Source of the DNA: a virus
DNA length: 64,000 nt
Reading direction: 5' to 3' (one strand)
IMG/VR virus record: IMGVR_UViG_3300042691_022450
Shown here: piece after piece, positions 21,436 through 32,881 of the stretch
Layout: the number at the start of each line of letters is the position of its first letter
Position numbering within the stretch: the first letter of the stretch is position 1
Made by a program: the position numbers and the translations under genes
The notes under the pieces: generated by a model
The model's input: only the letters and a program-made list of their open reading frames with translations
What the model was told of the DNA's origin: nothing
The model's database searches: none

Positions 21436-21442
21436 CCACCTG

Positions 21443-21467
21443 GGGGAGTATTTATTGCTCCCCTTTT
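21443..21467 (+). terminator. Intrinsic terminator abutting late promoter TATAAATA (21467-21474)
   Basis: GGGGAGTA-tttat-TGCTCCCC-TTTT. Confidence 0.7.
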
Positions 21468-21493
21468 ATAAATAACTAAAAAGGATTCGCAAG

Positions 21494-21937
21494 ATGGACG
21501 CACAAGATTTTCGTAGTCTTCAAGAAGCATATTTGGAAGTCGTTAGTAATAATAATGAGTTGAGTGAAATGTCTTATAAAAAACTTCCTGTCGGCAAAAT
21601 GATGAGAAAAGTTGAATATAGGGCAGAAAGAGAAGCAGATACGAGAGCAGATGCAGAAACAGCAGACACAACTGCTTTTATGAGTCATAATCGGGCATTA
21701 AGAGCGCACAAACGCGCAGAAAGAAATAAAGAAAGAAGCAATAGAATGATAAATGTTGCTGATACTCATAGTAAGAAAGCAGCAAAGGCAAAATCAAAAC
21801 TTAAAAAAGAACAAGTAGACATCTACGACATCATCCTCTCACACTTACTTGATGAAGGATATGCTGAAACACCAGAAGCAGCAGAACGTATTATGGTTCA
21901 TATGAGTGAAGAGTGGAGAGAAGGTATTGTTGGTTGA
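21494..21937 (+). CDS. Basic putative internal head protein (LLDEGYA family)
   Basis: Late promoter; MDAQDFRSLQEAY N-cap; conserved C-domain DIYDIILSHLLDEGYA..MSEEW. Confidence 0.55.
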   Translation: MDAQDFRSLQEAYLEVVSNNNELSEMSYKKLPVGKMMRKVEYRAEREADTRADAETADTTAFMSHNRALRAHKRAERNKERSNRMINVADTHSKKAAKAKSKLKKEQVDIYDIILSHLLDEGYAETPEAAERIMVHMSEEWREGIVG

Positions 21938-22041
21938 ATAAATAATGATGCTTATGTGTGTCGCAACCATAGCAAAGATTAGGTGCTTTCGGGCACCTTT
22001 TCTTTTATAAATACTATTGCGACACAACATAAAGCAGAACT
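21937..22041 (+). promoter_or_regulatory. Endonuclease leader cassette 1 (AATAAATA, antisense segment, terminator hairpin, TATAAATA, target)
   Basis: GCTTATGTGTGTCGCAA (21950-66) complementary with two bulges to TTGCGACACAACATAAAGC (22017-35); hairpin AGGTGC-TTTCGG-GCACCT-TTT. Confidence 0.75.
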
Positions 22042-22749
22042 ATGACTTCACAAAGTCCAAGGATTTATACGTATAAAATTACCTTTGAAGAAGTTCCATA
22101 TTACTATTATGGAGTTCATAAGGAAAAATATTTTAATGAAGAGTATTGGGGTTCACCGAAAACAAATAAATGGTGTTGGGAACTGTATACTCCAAAGAAA
22201 CAAATATTAGAGATATTTGAGTTTAGTGATAATGGGTGGATAGTGGCAAATTTAGTTGAAGATAGATTAATTAAATTATTTTATAATGCAGATAAATGGT
22301 GTCTTAATGAAAGTTGTGGTCCAAGAGTATCTTTAAGAGTAAACAGAGAAACTGGAAGGAAATCTGGATTAAAGAATAAAAAGAATGGAGTTGGTATACA
22401 CGGAAGGACAAAGGATAAAATAATTGAGGATGGTAAAAAAGGTGGAATAAAACTAAGAGAGTTGGGGAAAGGAATACACGGATTAACCGACAAAGAGAAG
22501 AGTGAAATTAATAAATTAAATGGGAAAAGAGGTGGAGAGAGTGTTAAAAGAAATAAACTAGGGATTTTTTCTTTAACAAAAGAAAATCTTAGTGAAAATG
22601 GTAAAGTCGGTGGTAAAATGTCTTGCTCACAGAAATGGAAATGTATGGAAACGGGATTCATTTCTAATCCAGGAAATTTAACAAAATATCAAAGAGCAAG
22701 AGGAATAGATACTTCAAAAAGGATTAGGATATTTGAGGACACTCTATGA
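22042..22749 (+). CDS. Free-standing GIY-YIG-like (Seg-type) homing endonuclease
   Basis: RIYTYKITF..YYYYGVH..YWGS..E..CLNE; GIHG repeats; paralog of 60857..61642. Confidence 0.65.
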   Translation: MTSQSPRIYTYKITFEEVPYYYYGVHKEKYFNEEYWGSPKTNKWCWELYTPKKQILEIFEFSDNGWIVANLVEDRLIKLFYNADKWCLNESCGPRVSLRVNRETGRKSGLKNKKNGVGIHGRTKDKIIEDGKKGGIKLRELGKGIHGLTDKEKSEINKLNGKRGGESVKRNKLGIFSLTKENLSENGKVGGKMSCSQKWKCMETGFISNPGNLTKYQRARGIDTSKRIRIFEDTL

Positions 22750-22823
22750 ACCGTCCACAGACACGAGACGGGAGACCGAAAATGCCCTATACTGTAAGGG
22801 TAGTCAAGACAGACCAACTTATT

Positions 22824-23924
22824 ATGGAAACCGCAATCGAACTGCTGAAGTCAAAATACGGCACAGAATTTGGAGCAGAAGCAGTTCGTGCTGTTGCTGA
22901 TGAACTTGAGATCAGTTATGCAACTCTTTCCAAGAAACTTACTGACTTTAAAGTTTCTAGGGGGAAGTGGAATCTTGAAATTACTCAAGAAAAAATTGAT
23001 GAACTTGAAGAAACTTACAAAGCACCATCTGTGAATCCAATTTCTACCGTGGAAAGTGTAAAGCAAAACCTTATTCCAGAAAAGGACAATACTTTTGTAT
23101 CTTTTGGCAACTTTACTGATGTTAAAAAAGTTGTTCAATCTGGGATTTTTTATCCTGTGTTCATCACTGGTCTCTCTGGTAATGGTAAAACTTTTAGCAT
23201 TGAGCAATCTTGTGCTCAACTGAAAAGAGAACTCATTCGTGTTAATATCACGATTGAGACTGACTCTGATGATTTGCTTGGTGGTTTCCGTCTGGTGAAT
23301 GGAGAAACTGTATGGCATAATGGCCCTGTGGTAGAAGCAATGGAACGTGGTGCTATTCTACTCTTGGATGAGATTGACTTGGCATCTAACAAGATTATGT
23401 GCCTGCAATCGGTGCTTGAGGGTAAAGGTGTATTCCTTAAGAAAATTGGTAAGCACGTTTCTCCCAAGGCAGGTTTCAATGTGATTGCAACTGCAAACAC
23501 TAAAGGTAAGGGTAGTGATGACGGTCGTTTCATTGGCACGAATGTTCTTAACGAGGCATTCCTGGAACGATTCCCAATTACCTTTGAGCAAGAGTATCCT
23601 ACCATTACTATTGAGACTAAAATCTTGACGAAAGTGGCAGAGTCTCTTAATATTCCTATGATTGGTGAGCACACTGATTTCGTTAAGCACCTTTGCACTT
23701 GGTCTGAGATTATTCGTAAGACCTTCAATGATGGTGGTATTGATGAAGTCATCAGCACTCGTCGTCTGGTTCATATCATCAAGGCATATTCTATCTTCGG
23801 TAAGAAAGACAAGGCACTTAAGGTTTGTCTGAATCGTTTTGATGATGAAACCAAATCCACTTTTGTAGAACTCTACGACAAAATTGACGCAGAGTTTCAA
23901 CAAAACAACACAGAAGAGGGATGA
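22824..23924 (+). CDS. MoxR/CobS-like AAA+ ATPase
   Basis: Walker A GLSGNGKT, Walker B LLLDEID, ATANTKG, NEAFLERF, STRRL; start moved downstream of promoter module. Confidence 0.9.
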   Translation: METAIELLKSKYGTEFGAEAVRAVADELEISYATLSKKLTDFKVSRGKWNLEITQEKIDELEETYKAPSVNPISTVESVKQNLIPEKDNTFVSFGNFTDVKKVVQSGIFYPVFITGLSGNGKTFSIEQSCAQLKRELIRVNITIETDSDDLLGGFRLVNGETVWHNGPVVEAMERGAILLLDEIDLASNKIMCLQSVLEGKGVFLKKIGKHVSPKAGFNVIATANTKGKGSDDGRFIGTNVLNEAFLERFPITFEQEYPTITIETKILTKVAESLNIPMIGEHTDFVKHLCTWSEIIRKTFNDGGIDEVISTRRLVHIIKAYSIFGKKDKALKVCLNRFDDETKSTFVELYDKIDAEFQQNNTEEG

Positions 23925-26472
23925 TTCCCTTTTCTGCGATATATAGAACAACCTTGCATTTTCTTTCCTATGACCCAACTTTTTCTGGATAAAAACGCAG
24001 ATATGATCTACGAAGATCTTCAAGAAAGTTATGATGAAGACAATCAAGAGGAAGAATATAGAGAAGATAGAATGGACCAAATGATTTCAAAATATGGTTA
24101 CTGATCACAGGAAAAAAATGATGCAAAACACTCAGGAACTCGTGGATTTTTATAAACGTGAAGACTTGGAAGAATTTGCAAAATACCTTGGGGTTGATTG
24201 TGAAGACTACATTGAGTATCTTCATCCAGATGTTGATTTTGATGACTGGTCCAGATGATGAATACTGACGGATACATCAGTGCTGATAGGATGTGGGCAG
24301 CAGTTCCGTATGGGAATAGATATATTTCCATATACAATGGTGAACAGATCTGTATGCACAATACATTAGAAACTGCAAAAAAATTCATTCAAAAAGAAAA
24401 TCGCAAAAGAAAATGATTAGTTTAATTGAAACTTTTCAACAGAACAAAAATTCTGTTTATGTTCGTGCTGTTTTAGAAGATATGGTTCAGGTTTATCCAT
24501 CCACTCTTTATGATCCACCAGAATATGGTCCTGCTCTTTGCGAATCATCTTTTATATTTGATGAAGATGAGATTCTTCCTGAGAATGAAGAGGAACTAAT
24601 TGATTATCTTGATGGACTTGATTTGGATTGGAAAATAGTAGACACTAGTGATTGTAGTTTTGGATTTGTAGATTAAATACCTATAGAATTAGGAGTATGA
24701 ATATGGTTGCTCTGGTGCTTTCAACAACCATTATATCTTGTTCGCAAGCAATTCAATTGGTTAATAATGTAATACAGGTAGTTGGTTTAAATAATCAACA
24801 AAAAGTAGAAATTATTGAAGAAATAAAAAAAATTGTTCCATCTTGCCCAGTCATTATAAAAGAAAACAAAAATGCCAAACCAATCAAAAAACCAAGCAAT
24901 TGATTTAATGCTTGAGGACCTTCATACAAAAAATGTTGAAGTTCGCACAACAGTAAAAAAACTTGGTTGTGAATATGAATTGGAAGAATTGAAGATAAAT
25001 CTTATAGAGTATCTTTATTCATTAAAGAAATGACTTCCTATTATTTTTGGTTTGGTATTTTTGTGTTTGTTGCATATTTGATTGTAATAGATAATAGTGT
25101 TGCATATGCAATTACATTAATTTCTAAGATACTGAAATTTCAATACGAAAAACAAAAATGGTGGTTGCTTCACAATCCACGCAATCCAATAGTAAAATGG
25201 TTTATGTATAGGAAATCAATGAAACTGGCAGAGGAACTTATGAAAGAGTTTGCAGAAAAAGAAACAATTCAGGAATACGAAACCAAATGAAAAAGAAACC
25301 AGAAACGATTGAGTTCCCTCACGCACAATTTCCTATTCTTGTTATACATAAAGATGGAAAGGAATTGAAGGACACTAAAAAGTGTTACTTTCAAAGTATG
25401 CATTATGCCGAAAAGTATATTGTTAAATCCAAGTTCAAAAAAACAGATTATCAACTATTCATTAAACCTGGAACAGATGTGGAGACTATGGTGCAAGGCA
25501 CTGGGAGAAAAAGTAGGAAAAAACAATAAGGAAGCAGATAAAGTTGCAATTATTAGAACAATTCTATTTGCAACTTATTTTATTACTAACATATTCATAT
25601 GTGCCAATGCGATTAGGCATTGGAACGATAATACTACAATTTATATTCAAATTGATGGAGTTAAAAGTGGGACAACTTTATGATGATTGCTTTTATGTTC
25701 AAGAAAAAAAATATGGACTCTGGTATTCTACCGACAAAGAAGGCAACGGACTTATCACATCTCTCACTGAAGAGCAATGTGTATCAGCAACCCGTTTTTA
25801 TCTTAAAGGACGGCAGGAAGGTTTCTCTGAATCCAAATTTTATGAAGGGGAAGTAAGTGGAAAACTCTAAAGATAAATTATATCTTTTATTTTCTTTGGG
25901 GTTTATGATTTTTCTTGACCTACTTGTAATTGGTGGGTTATTATATAAAGGACAAGCAAATTTTATTGAAGTTTATAAACATTTAAAAATATGACTAAAA
26001 GAACTTATACGCAAAAAAATGGAACAATCTGGGAATGGAACGAAACTGCAGAACTTTCTAAATTCATTAAACAACTATATACAAAAGAACCAATTCCCCC
26101 AACTAGACCCAACAACACCGTGGTTTGAATACAACAGTTACGTTGAATGTTGCAACAGTTTAGGGAGACCAGTAAGACTTGGTGGATTTATGAGATATCA
26201 AGCATATCTTAAGGAAATAGGAGTAATCTAATGTTTAGATGGATTGATGATTTTTTAAAACCTTATCAGATTCCAACAACTGATATGACACTTTTTGATA
26301 AAATTATTGATTTGGAAGAAAAGTATAATGCTCTTCTTCTTGATATCAAAAGATTGGAAGAAGAAAATGTAGAACTCACTAACTGTTTGTATGAAGTTGA
26401 AAACAGACTACAAGAAAAGATTGACAATATTCATCCCATAACTTACAATCTAAGCAATTATACTCTAGACAA

Positions 26473-26763
26473 ATGACTTTTAATGTAACTCTCCGTTCTG
26501 CTGACGGAACCGAACAAACTATTCAATGCCCCGAAGACCAATATATTCTTGATGCTGCTGAATATGCTGGCGTAGATCTTCCTTCCAGTTGCCGTGCTGG
26601 TGCTTGCTCTGCCTGCGTTGGTAAAGTTGTGGAAGGTGAAGTGGATAATTCCGAACAATCCTTCCTTGATGATGACCAAATGAATGAAGGTTTCTCTATG
26701 CTTTGTGTTGCATATCCTCTGAGTGATTGTGTGATTGAAACAGAGCAAGAGGAGAATCTCTGA
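26473..26763 (+). CDS. petF: Plant-type [2Fe-2S] ferredoxin
   Basis: [14 protein letters not shown]...QSFLDDDQ...[10 protein letters not shown]. Confidence 0.95.
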   Translation: MTFNVTLRSADGTEQTIQCPEDQYILDAAEYAGVDLPSSCRAGACSACVGKVVEGEVDNSEQSFLDDDQMNEGFSMLCVAYPLSDCVIETEQEENL

Positions 26764-27110
26764 TGTACGAAACTCTAACTGAATTCGAAAGAGCACTTGC
26801 CCGATTTGGTGATAAGGTTGCTCTAATTGCTGGTCTTGAAATTAGTGATAAAATTTCACCAGAGGAAGCATATCAACAGATTAAAGACCTTTATAAAGAA
26901 CTTAAAACTCTTCGTAAATTTGAAAAGAAATCTTGGGAATCTGATATTCATATTGATATGTGATGGAAGATACTCTAAAAATCACTCAAAATGAAGATGG
27001 GTCTTATACTATGGACTGGGACAAGGAAGACCCCAAATGGTCTTGGATGAATTCCTTGACTTCAAAGGAGATTCAGGTTATTATGGAACAAGCAATCGAG
27101 GACTTTATTA

Positions 27111-27569
27111 ATGGACTTTAATTACAAAAAGTACTCACTTGAACAACTTGAAAACTGGGTACACGATTCTGTAAATGGTGATGCGTCACCACAAGAAATC
27201 TATGATGTCATCAAAGGTGTTGTAGATGAGCAATATCATTACCATAAACACCATACTGGTCGTTGCTATGAACTTCTTGCACTTCTGAATGGTAATGGTA
27301 AGGGTCATATTCAAGCATATGATGATTTTCTAAGCAAAGATCGCAATAGCAACTTTCCAGGTGAAAATACAATAAAAGATAAAGTAACCAAGTGGCAACT
27401 TCCCATTGAAGTTGATGGTCCAAGTGGTGAATACTTTGTTACTTTCCCTGATGATTTGTTGGAAGCAGCAAATCTAAAAGAAGGAGATCGAGTAGAGTGG
27501 GTAGATAATGGAGATGGTTCTTATACCATCTGTAAAGTGACTAAAGAAATTAAAATGGAGGATTGTTGA
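27111..27569 (+). CDS. Protein with C-terminal AbrB/MazE-like domain
   Basis: YFVTFPDDLLEAANLKEGDRVEWVDNGDGS. Confidence 0.6.
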   Translation: MDFNYKKYSLEQLENWVHDSVNGDASPQEIYDVIKGVVDEQYHYHKHHTGRCYELLALLNGNGKGHIQAYDDFLSKDRNSNFPGENTIKDKVTKWQLPIEVDGPSGEYFVTFPDDLLEAANLKEGDRVEWVDNGDGSYTICKVTKEIKMEDC

Positions 27570-28396
27570 TGGCATTGTCTGAATCTGTTGAAACTAATCT
27601 AAAAGAAGCAGAGGCATCCTTAAGGGCAGCATTAGCATATGCTGCTCGTCAAGAGCGACCTATGGTTTGTAGTGTAATTGCCGATATTATCAATCGTATT
27701 AATTCTCTCCAAAGTACTGATGCACTTCTTGATAAACTAGAAAATCGTAAACCAGGAAGTAGTGGTTTCTTTGGAACTATCTTTGGTGAATAATGACTAA
27801 ACCTAATGAATTTGGCAAAGCAATGCAAGAATGGTGGGATTCTGATGAATGTAAACAAATTCAAAAAGCAAATGAAGAAGCAAAGCAACGAGCAGTAGGA
27901 AAGTATTTTATGCTTTCTGAAGAAGATAAACTTGATATGGTTCAGGCAATCTGTTACATTATGTGTAAGGCAGAAGAAGAAGGAACCAGTCATCGTGGAC
28001 TTCAAGATGCACTTGGAATTTATCCTTCTGGTTTCTGGGTTGACCATTTAATGGATGTTCATAATTCCCTCTATGAATATTATGATAAAATAAGACAAAA
28101 AAACGAATTGGATAAAGATATTGAAACTTTACAAAAGTTCACAGAAACATAAAGAAATTCTTAAGAAAACTACATATTGATAGATAATGTGTTAGAATAC
28201 TAACACAAAAATAAGGAGCATTTAATGAGTTTAAGTAAAGAAGAATTTGAAGAAATGGATGTTTTGCGTAAGGCAATCTCGCAGAATCCAGCATACGTTC
28301 ATCCAGAAAAACAAGAACGATTTACTGAACTCTTTGTTAAGTCTCTTTCTTATGTTGATTCTCCTGCCTTTGATAAATAATCAAAGGTATTTTTGT

Positions 28397-29242
28397 ATGC
28401 AAATGCTTTCTGAAGGTAGAAAAAGAGATGCTGCAGCAAATGCAGTTTTGGCATTATCATTTGCTGCAAATGCTGCACAATCACCTCAATCATTAGTAAG
28501 ATCTGGACACGATGCTGCACCCAGTCTTCCTTTGATGGGAGAACTAATGAGAAAAAGAAAAGAAGCAAATAGAAATTTAGATAGTGCAAGAGTATCTGAA
28601 CCAGCACGTAATCGTAAGAAAAAGACTTTTAAAGAGTTTGTGGAAGAATTCTATATGAGTGAAGAAAGAAGGGACACTGGACTTAAAGGTTTGAAACACG
28701 GATTGGGAGATTCAAAATCTGATGCAGTTTCCAAAGGACTGAGATTTTTTAAAGGGTCTGATGGTAGAACTAGAGAGATTAGAAATTATGGATCACGATC
28801 AAAACCAGGTGGAAGAGTAGTTGATTATGAAAATGAAACAATAAGAAGAACAAAACGAAAGGCTAGAGTTCACGAAGTAACCCCATCAGAACACCAAGAC
28901 CATAAATCATTTGCTAAAAAATCACAACAAGCAACTAAAAAGGGAATGGATGTTCATCATATGACCCCAGTTGCCAAATCTGCAAAATTGAAAGCATCTA
29001 TGAGTGATGCTGCGTGGCAACAAAGATTAAAAGATGATGCCGCAAAGGGAATATATCACGGAAATCATCCACGTAATTTAGCACTTGCGAAAAGAATGGG
29101 AGAAAAAGGTTCTGGAATATCTCATCATCAAACAATTCATACTAGTAGAAGACAAAATTTGACTTGGAAAGAACTGAGTAATCTTGTTAAAAAATCTAGA
29201 CAAACATCAAGAAAAAGGAAACAACAAAAAGAAACAAGATAA
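28397..29242 (+). CDS. Basic putative internal head protein with C-terminal HNH-like motif
   Basis: Internal KTFKEFVEE; DVHHMTP...GNHPRNL...HHQTIH. Confidence 0.5.
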   Translation: MQMLSEGRKRDAAANAVLALSFAANAAQSPQSLVRSGHDAAPSLPLMGELMRKRKEANRNLDSARVSEPARNRKKKTFKEFVEEFYMSEERRDTGLKGLKHGLGDSKSDAVSKGLRFFKGSDGRTREIRNYGSRSKPGGRVVDYENETIRRTKRKARVHEVTPSEHQDHKSFAKKSQQATKKGMDVHHMTPVAKSAKLKASMSDAAWQQRLKDDAAKGIYHGNHPRNLALAKRMGEKGSGISHHQTIHTSRRQNLTWKELSNLVKKSRQTSRKRKQQKETR

Positions 29243-29269
29243 ATAAAAATAAAAATAAAAGTTAAAAAA

Positions 29270-29725
29270 ATGAAAACTTTCAGAGAGTTCCTAGAAGAAG
29301 CATACCTCGTTGAGATGCGTAAAGAGGATAAAGTAAAGGGAAAGAAGAAGACTCCTCTTTATGTAACTAAGACACAAAAAACTGTGCAAAAAGCACCAGA
29401 AGGTAGTGGTAAAAAGTGGGAAACAAGAACTATTGAGAAAAAGCAAATCAATCCTGTTGCTGACCTTGGAAGATACAGGCAAGGTAAAGTAGGTGGTGCT
29501 CCCGCAATTCAAGCAGGTGGAACCCATGGAGGACCTACAATGGGATTTAAACCACACGAGCACGGTGAAGGTGGTTCTGGAAGAGGAGTGAAGAAGGCAA
29601 GAGGAGCAAAGACTGCACCAAAACCAGGAACAACTGCAACTGATAGAGTTCAAGCAAAACGTAATGCAGAAAATTCTTGGAGAGGTAAGTATGGTGGTAG
29701 ATATTCTATCTGGGGTTCAAAATGA
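29270..29725 (+). CDS. Basic putative internal head protein
   Basis: MKTFREFLEEA N-terminus resembles the T4 capsid-targeting sequence. Confidence 0.6.
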   Translation: MKTFREFLEEAYLVEMRKEDKVKGKKKTPLYVTKTQKTVQKAPEGSGKKWETRTIEKKQINPVADLGRYRQGKVGGAPAIQAGGTHGGPTMGFKPHEHGEGGSGRGVKKARGAKTAPKPGTTATDRVQAKRNAENSWRGKYGGRYSIWGSK

Positions 29726-31026
29726 AGACTTATCAAGAATTTATTTCAGAAGCAAAGAAGTGTTGGCCTGGATATAAGAAGAAAGGCACACAAAAACTCT
29801 TTGGAAAGACTTATAATCGTTGTGTGAAAGAAGGTAAAGTAGAGTGGGATAATCCAAAGAGACCTTTATCGTCTGGATTGACTCCAAGAGAAAAGAACAG
29901 AGCAGTAAGAAAAAGATTAGGTATTGAAAACCCTGATACTGATAAACCATCATTCTTCAAAGATGGTCCTGGTGAAAAGGAGTATGAAAGATATGGAAAA
30001 CTAAAAGCAGCACATGATACTGAAAAAGATAAGGATGTCCCTGAAGATGAAAGACATAAGTTTAAGTCAGTAGCAAAAGGTCGTCTTGGTGGAGAATATA
30101 GTGCTGGTAGAATAAGAAGAATGGCTGGGGTCCATTCAGGAGCACAGACAGGCAAAAATGCTGAAAAAGGAAAAGGTAGATATGCTGTAATGTCTCAAAC
30201 ACAAGGTGCAGAAAAAGTAAGAGAAAAGCATAAAAAAAGATATGGTGATTATGCTGACTTAAATAGGTTGAAAGAACCAAAAGAAGAATTTGAGTATGAA
30301 CTTGAAGAAAGTTCAATGGGTGAAAGAAGTGGCAGAAGAACAAGAGGAAATGTCACACTCGCAAGAGGCAGAGGTGCTGACATGGATAGAAGTGAAAGAA
30401 CCACTGCTGCTATTGCAAAGAAAGCAGGACTTAAAGGAACTGGAAAATTTTCAACAAAAGATTTGAGAACAAAGTCCAAAGATTATACAACTTATGATAG
30501 TGAAGATGATTCGGATGATTATGGAAGCACCGAGCAAGACCACTACATTCGCACTCATTCATCACCAAGAAAAGCAGCAAAAGGTGAAAGATTAATTTCA
30601 AAAATGAAACCAGCAGGAAGAACTCCATCTGGAATGACTAAACTCAAAACTGCACCTTCAAGTGAAAGTGTAAGAAGAGTGAAAGACTTGAAAAAGCAAA
30701 TGACAAAGACAGGTGCAAATAAAACAGGAAAAGTTCATACCGTAGATATTATGCACCGAGATAGTGAAGTTGGAAAAGGTGATAAACATCAACAAATGGA
30801 AAGAGGAAGAAACTTTATTCAAGCACTTAAAGATACTCCAAAACATTTAAAGAGAGCAGGAGCACAGAAAGGTGATACTGTGATTGGAAAACCAACTGCT
30901 GTGATGTCTGGTGAAGATAAGAAAACTGGTGCAGAAAAGAGAGGAAAACTTTATAAGAAAGCATTCGGCAAAAGAAGCACTGAAAGGTCCGCAAAAACTG
31001 GATTGATGGTCGGAAAGGCAGACTGA
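29722..31026 (+). CDS. Basic putative internal head protein
   Basis: MKTYQEFISE vs T4 internal-protein CTS MKTYQEFIAE; K/R-rich with E-rich linkers. Confidence 0.65.
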   Translation: MKTYQEFISEAKKCWPGYKKKGTQKLFGKTYNRCVKEGKVEWDNPKRPLSSGLTPREKNRAVRKRLGIENPDTDKPSFFKDGPGEKEYERYGKLKAAHDTEKDKDVPEDERHKFKSVAKGRLGGEYSAGRIRRMAGVHSGAQTGKNAEKGKGRYAVMSQTQGAEKVREKHKKRYGDYADLNRLKEPKEEFEYELEESSMGERSGRRTRGNVTLARGRGADMDRSERTTAAIAKKAGLKGTGKFSTKDLRTKSKDYTTYDSEDDSDDYGSTEQDHYIRTHSSPRKAAKGERLISKMKPAGRTPSGMTKLKTAPSSESVRRVKDLKKQMTKTGANKTGKVHTVDIMHRDSEVGKGDKHQQMERGRNFIQALKDTPKHLKRAGAQKGDTVIGKPTAVMSGEDKKTGAEKRGKLYKKAFGKRSTERSAKTGLMVGKAD

Positions 31027-31061
31027 CAATATATATAAATAACTAAAAAGTATTTGTAAAA

Positions 31062-31694
31062 ATGGACGCACAAGAACTTCGCAATCTTCAAGAAGCATAT
31101 TTGGAAGTTTATGATGAAGCATATAAAAAATTTCCTTATAAGAAAGTAGAAGATAAAATTCACAAAAAGGAAGCAGATAATCCAACTGGTCGTGGAACAC
31201 CACAATCAGTAAATATGGGTAAAGTATTACGTCATTTTAAGGGTGAAGTTCGTAGAACTGAAAGAAGAGAAAATAGTCCTAAAATATCAAAAGCAAAAGA
31301 AGCAGAAAATAGAGAAAGAGGAACTCAAAAAGAACAAGTAGACCTCTACGACATCATCCTCTCATATCTTCTTGATGAAGGTTATGCTGATACTTTTGAA
31401 GCAGCAGAAGCAATTATGGTGAATATGAGTGAAGATTGGAGAGAAGATATTGTTGAAGAAAAGAAATCTCTTCCAGTTGCTAAAATGAAAAGAAAAGAAA
31501 CAAAACTTCTTGGTAGTGATGAAGAACACCTTGCAGCATTGAAGACACCTATGGGTTCTCCTGAAAGAAAAAAAGCAATGAAAAACCTTGAAAGATTTGA
31601 TAATATCAATACAGCAAGAACAAGTATTTCAAAAAGAGGTGGAAAAGAAACACATGCAATGCCAGAAGTAGGTAGATATAAACCAAAATATTAA
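31062..31694 (+). CDS. Basic putative internal head protein (LLDEGYA family)
   Basis: Late promoter 31034-41; MDAQELRNLQEAY; DLYDIILSYLLDEGYA. Confidence 0.55.
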   Translation: MDAQELRNLQEAYLEVYDEAYKKFPYKKVEDKIHKKEADNPTGRGTPQSVNMGKVLRHFKGEVRRTERRENSPKISKAKEAENRERGTQKEQVDLYDIILSYLLDEGYADTFEAAEAIMVNMSEDWREDIVEEKKSLPVAKMKRKETKLLGSDEEHLAALKTPMGSPERKKAMKNLERFDNINTARTSISKRGGKETHAMPEVGRYKPKY

Positions 31695-31778
31695 GATTGA
31701 AGGACACTTCCCAAACCGTCCCAAGGTGTCCCCGAGGCACCTTTTTTTGTGCTATACTACTTGAAACACAAGACTCTT

Positions 31779-32186
31779 ATGGAACTTACAGTTGTAGCAA
31801 TCAAACGAGACGACAATCTTTACCACTTCAATCATTCTCATAATGATACAGTTGAAGAACTTCTGATGAATGGAACTGAAGAAGCAATTGACGAACATTG
31901 CTACTTCAAGACTGGAAAGTATCCGATTGAAGGTGATGAAGTTGAGATTTCTCTCTTCCTCCAAGAACCTGATGATTATGATACTCTTCTTGTGAAAGAA
32001 GTATCTGATGAGGAAGGAACAACTTATACTGATACGACTATGTGTGTTCCCGTGTGGTTATGCAACTGGAACCAAGGATACTTTGGTTTTGTGCCCGAAG
32101 AAATTTACATTAAAGTTAGGCCAATTAACAAAGGACTTGAATCATTTGTGAAAGCAACTGGTATGAGGGGGTTTTTGAATAAATAA
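31779..32186 (+). CDS. Acidic conserved hypothetical protein
   Basis: ORF after promoter module; WLC...YFG..PE.IY motif. Confidence 0.6.
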   Translation: MELTVVAIKRDDNLYHFNHSHNDTVEELLMNGTEEAIDEHCYFKTGKYPIEGDEVEISLFLQEPDDYDTLLVKEVSDEEGTTYTDTTMCVPVWLCNWNQGYFGFVPEEIYIKVRPINKGLESFVKATGMRGFLNK

Positions 32187-32203
32187 AAGAAAAAAGTAGT
32201 CAG

Positions 32204-32362
32204 ATGAAACCAACACCAAGAGAATTGCAGGAAACCTATAAGATTCATTCACAACTTATAGAGCATCTCATCTCGGAGGGTTATGCAGATGACAATGAAT
32301 CTGCAAATAAAATCATTGAGGGTATGAGTGAGACTTGGTTCACTACAATTATTAAGGACTGA
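32204..32362 (+). CDS. 52-aa stand-alone LLDEGYA-family domain
   Basis: Not in the ORF track; MKPTPRELQETYKIHSQLIEHLISEGYADDNESANKIIEGMSETWFTTIIKD*. Confidence 0.6.
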   Translation: MKPTPRELQETYKIHSQLIEHLISEGYADDNESANKIIEGMSETWFTTIIKD

Positions 32363-32439
32363 CACTTTCCGAACCGTCCACTCCCCTTGCCACGCAGCAG
32401 CATCCGTGGTATGATTACTAGGTAATCAAGGGAAAACCG

Positions 32440-32658
32440 ATGGAAGTTCTTGAGTTCACTGATTCTTCTGCTATCGCAAAGATTCAGTTTGATTATGCTG
32501 AAAATCAGGTAGGTATTGCTTATACTTACAAACCAGAGCAAGTTTATGTCTTCAAGTGCAATGACTTGACTTTGGTGAAAGAACAGGTTAAAGTTGCTGA
32601 TAGTGTTGGGAAACTTATTTCTCAATTTCGTAAAGATGGGACTTTGATTTCTGTTTGA
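32440..32658 (+). CDS. KTSC-like small protein
   Basis: SSAIAKIQFD...Y...SVGK pattern. Confidence 0.5.
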   Translation: MEVLEFTDSSAIAKIQFDYAENQVGIAYTYKPEQVYVFKCNDLTLVKEQVKVADSVGKLISQFRKDGTLISV

Positions 32659-32692
32659 TTATCCTGCTATTCGTTATTTGCGAATAGCAAAT

Positions 32693-32765
32693 GCTGGTTT
32701 AGCAATCTGGCGAATGCAATCGACTCATAATCGATGGGAGGCGAGTTCGATCCTCGCAACCAGCA
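32693..32765 (+). tRNA. tRNA-Met/Ile2 (CAT)
   Basis: Cloverleaf; ATCGA-CTCATAA-TCGAT. Confidence 0.85.
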
Positions 32766-32805
32766 CTTGACAATCTAAGCACACTCTGCTATGATTGTCT
32801 TATAA

Positions 32806-32880
32806 GGGACTGTTGCTTATTGGTTAAAGCCCACTGCTTATAACGGTGTGAACAGAGTTCAATTCTCTGCAGTCCTACCA
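32806..32880 (+). tRNA. tRNA-Ile (TAT)
   Basis: CACTG-CTTATAA-CGGTG; encoded CCA; TTGACA-17-TATGAT promoter upstream. Confidence 0.85.
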
Positions 32881-32881
32881 A

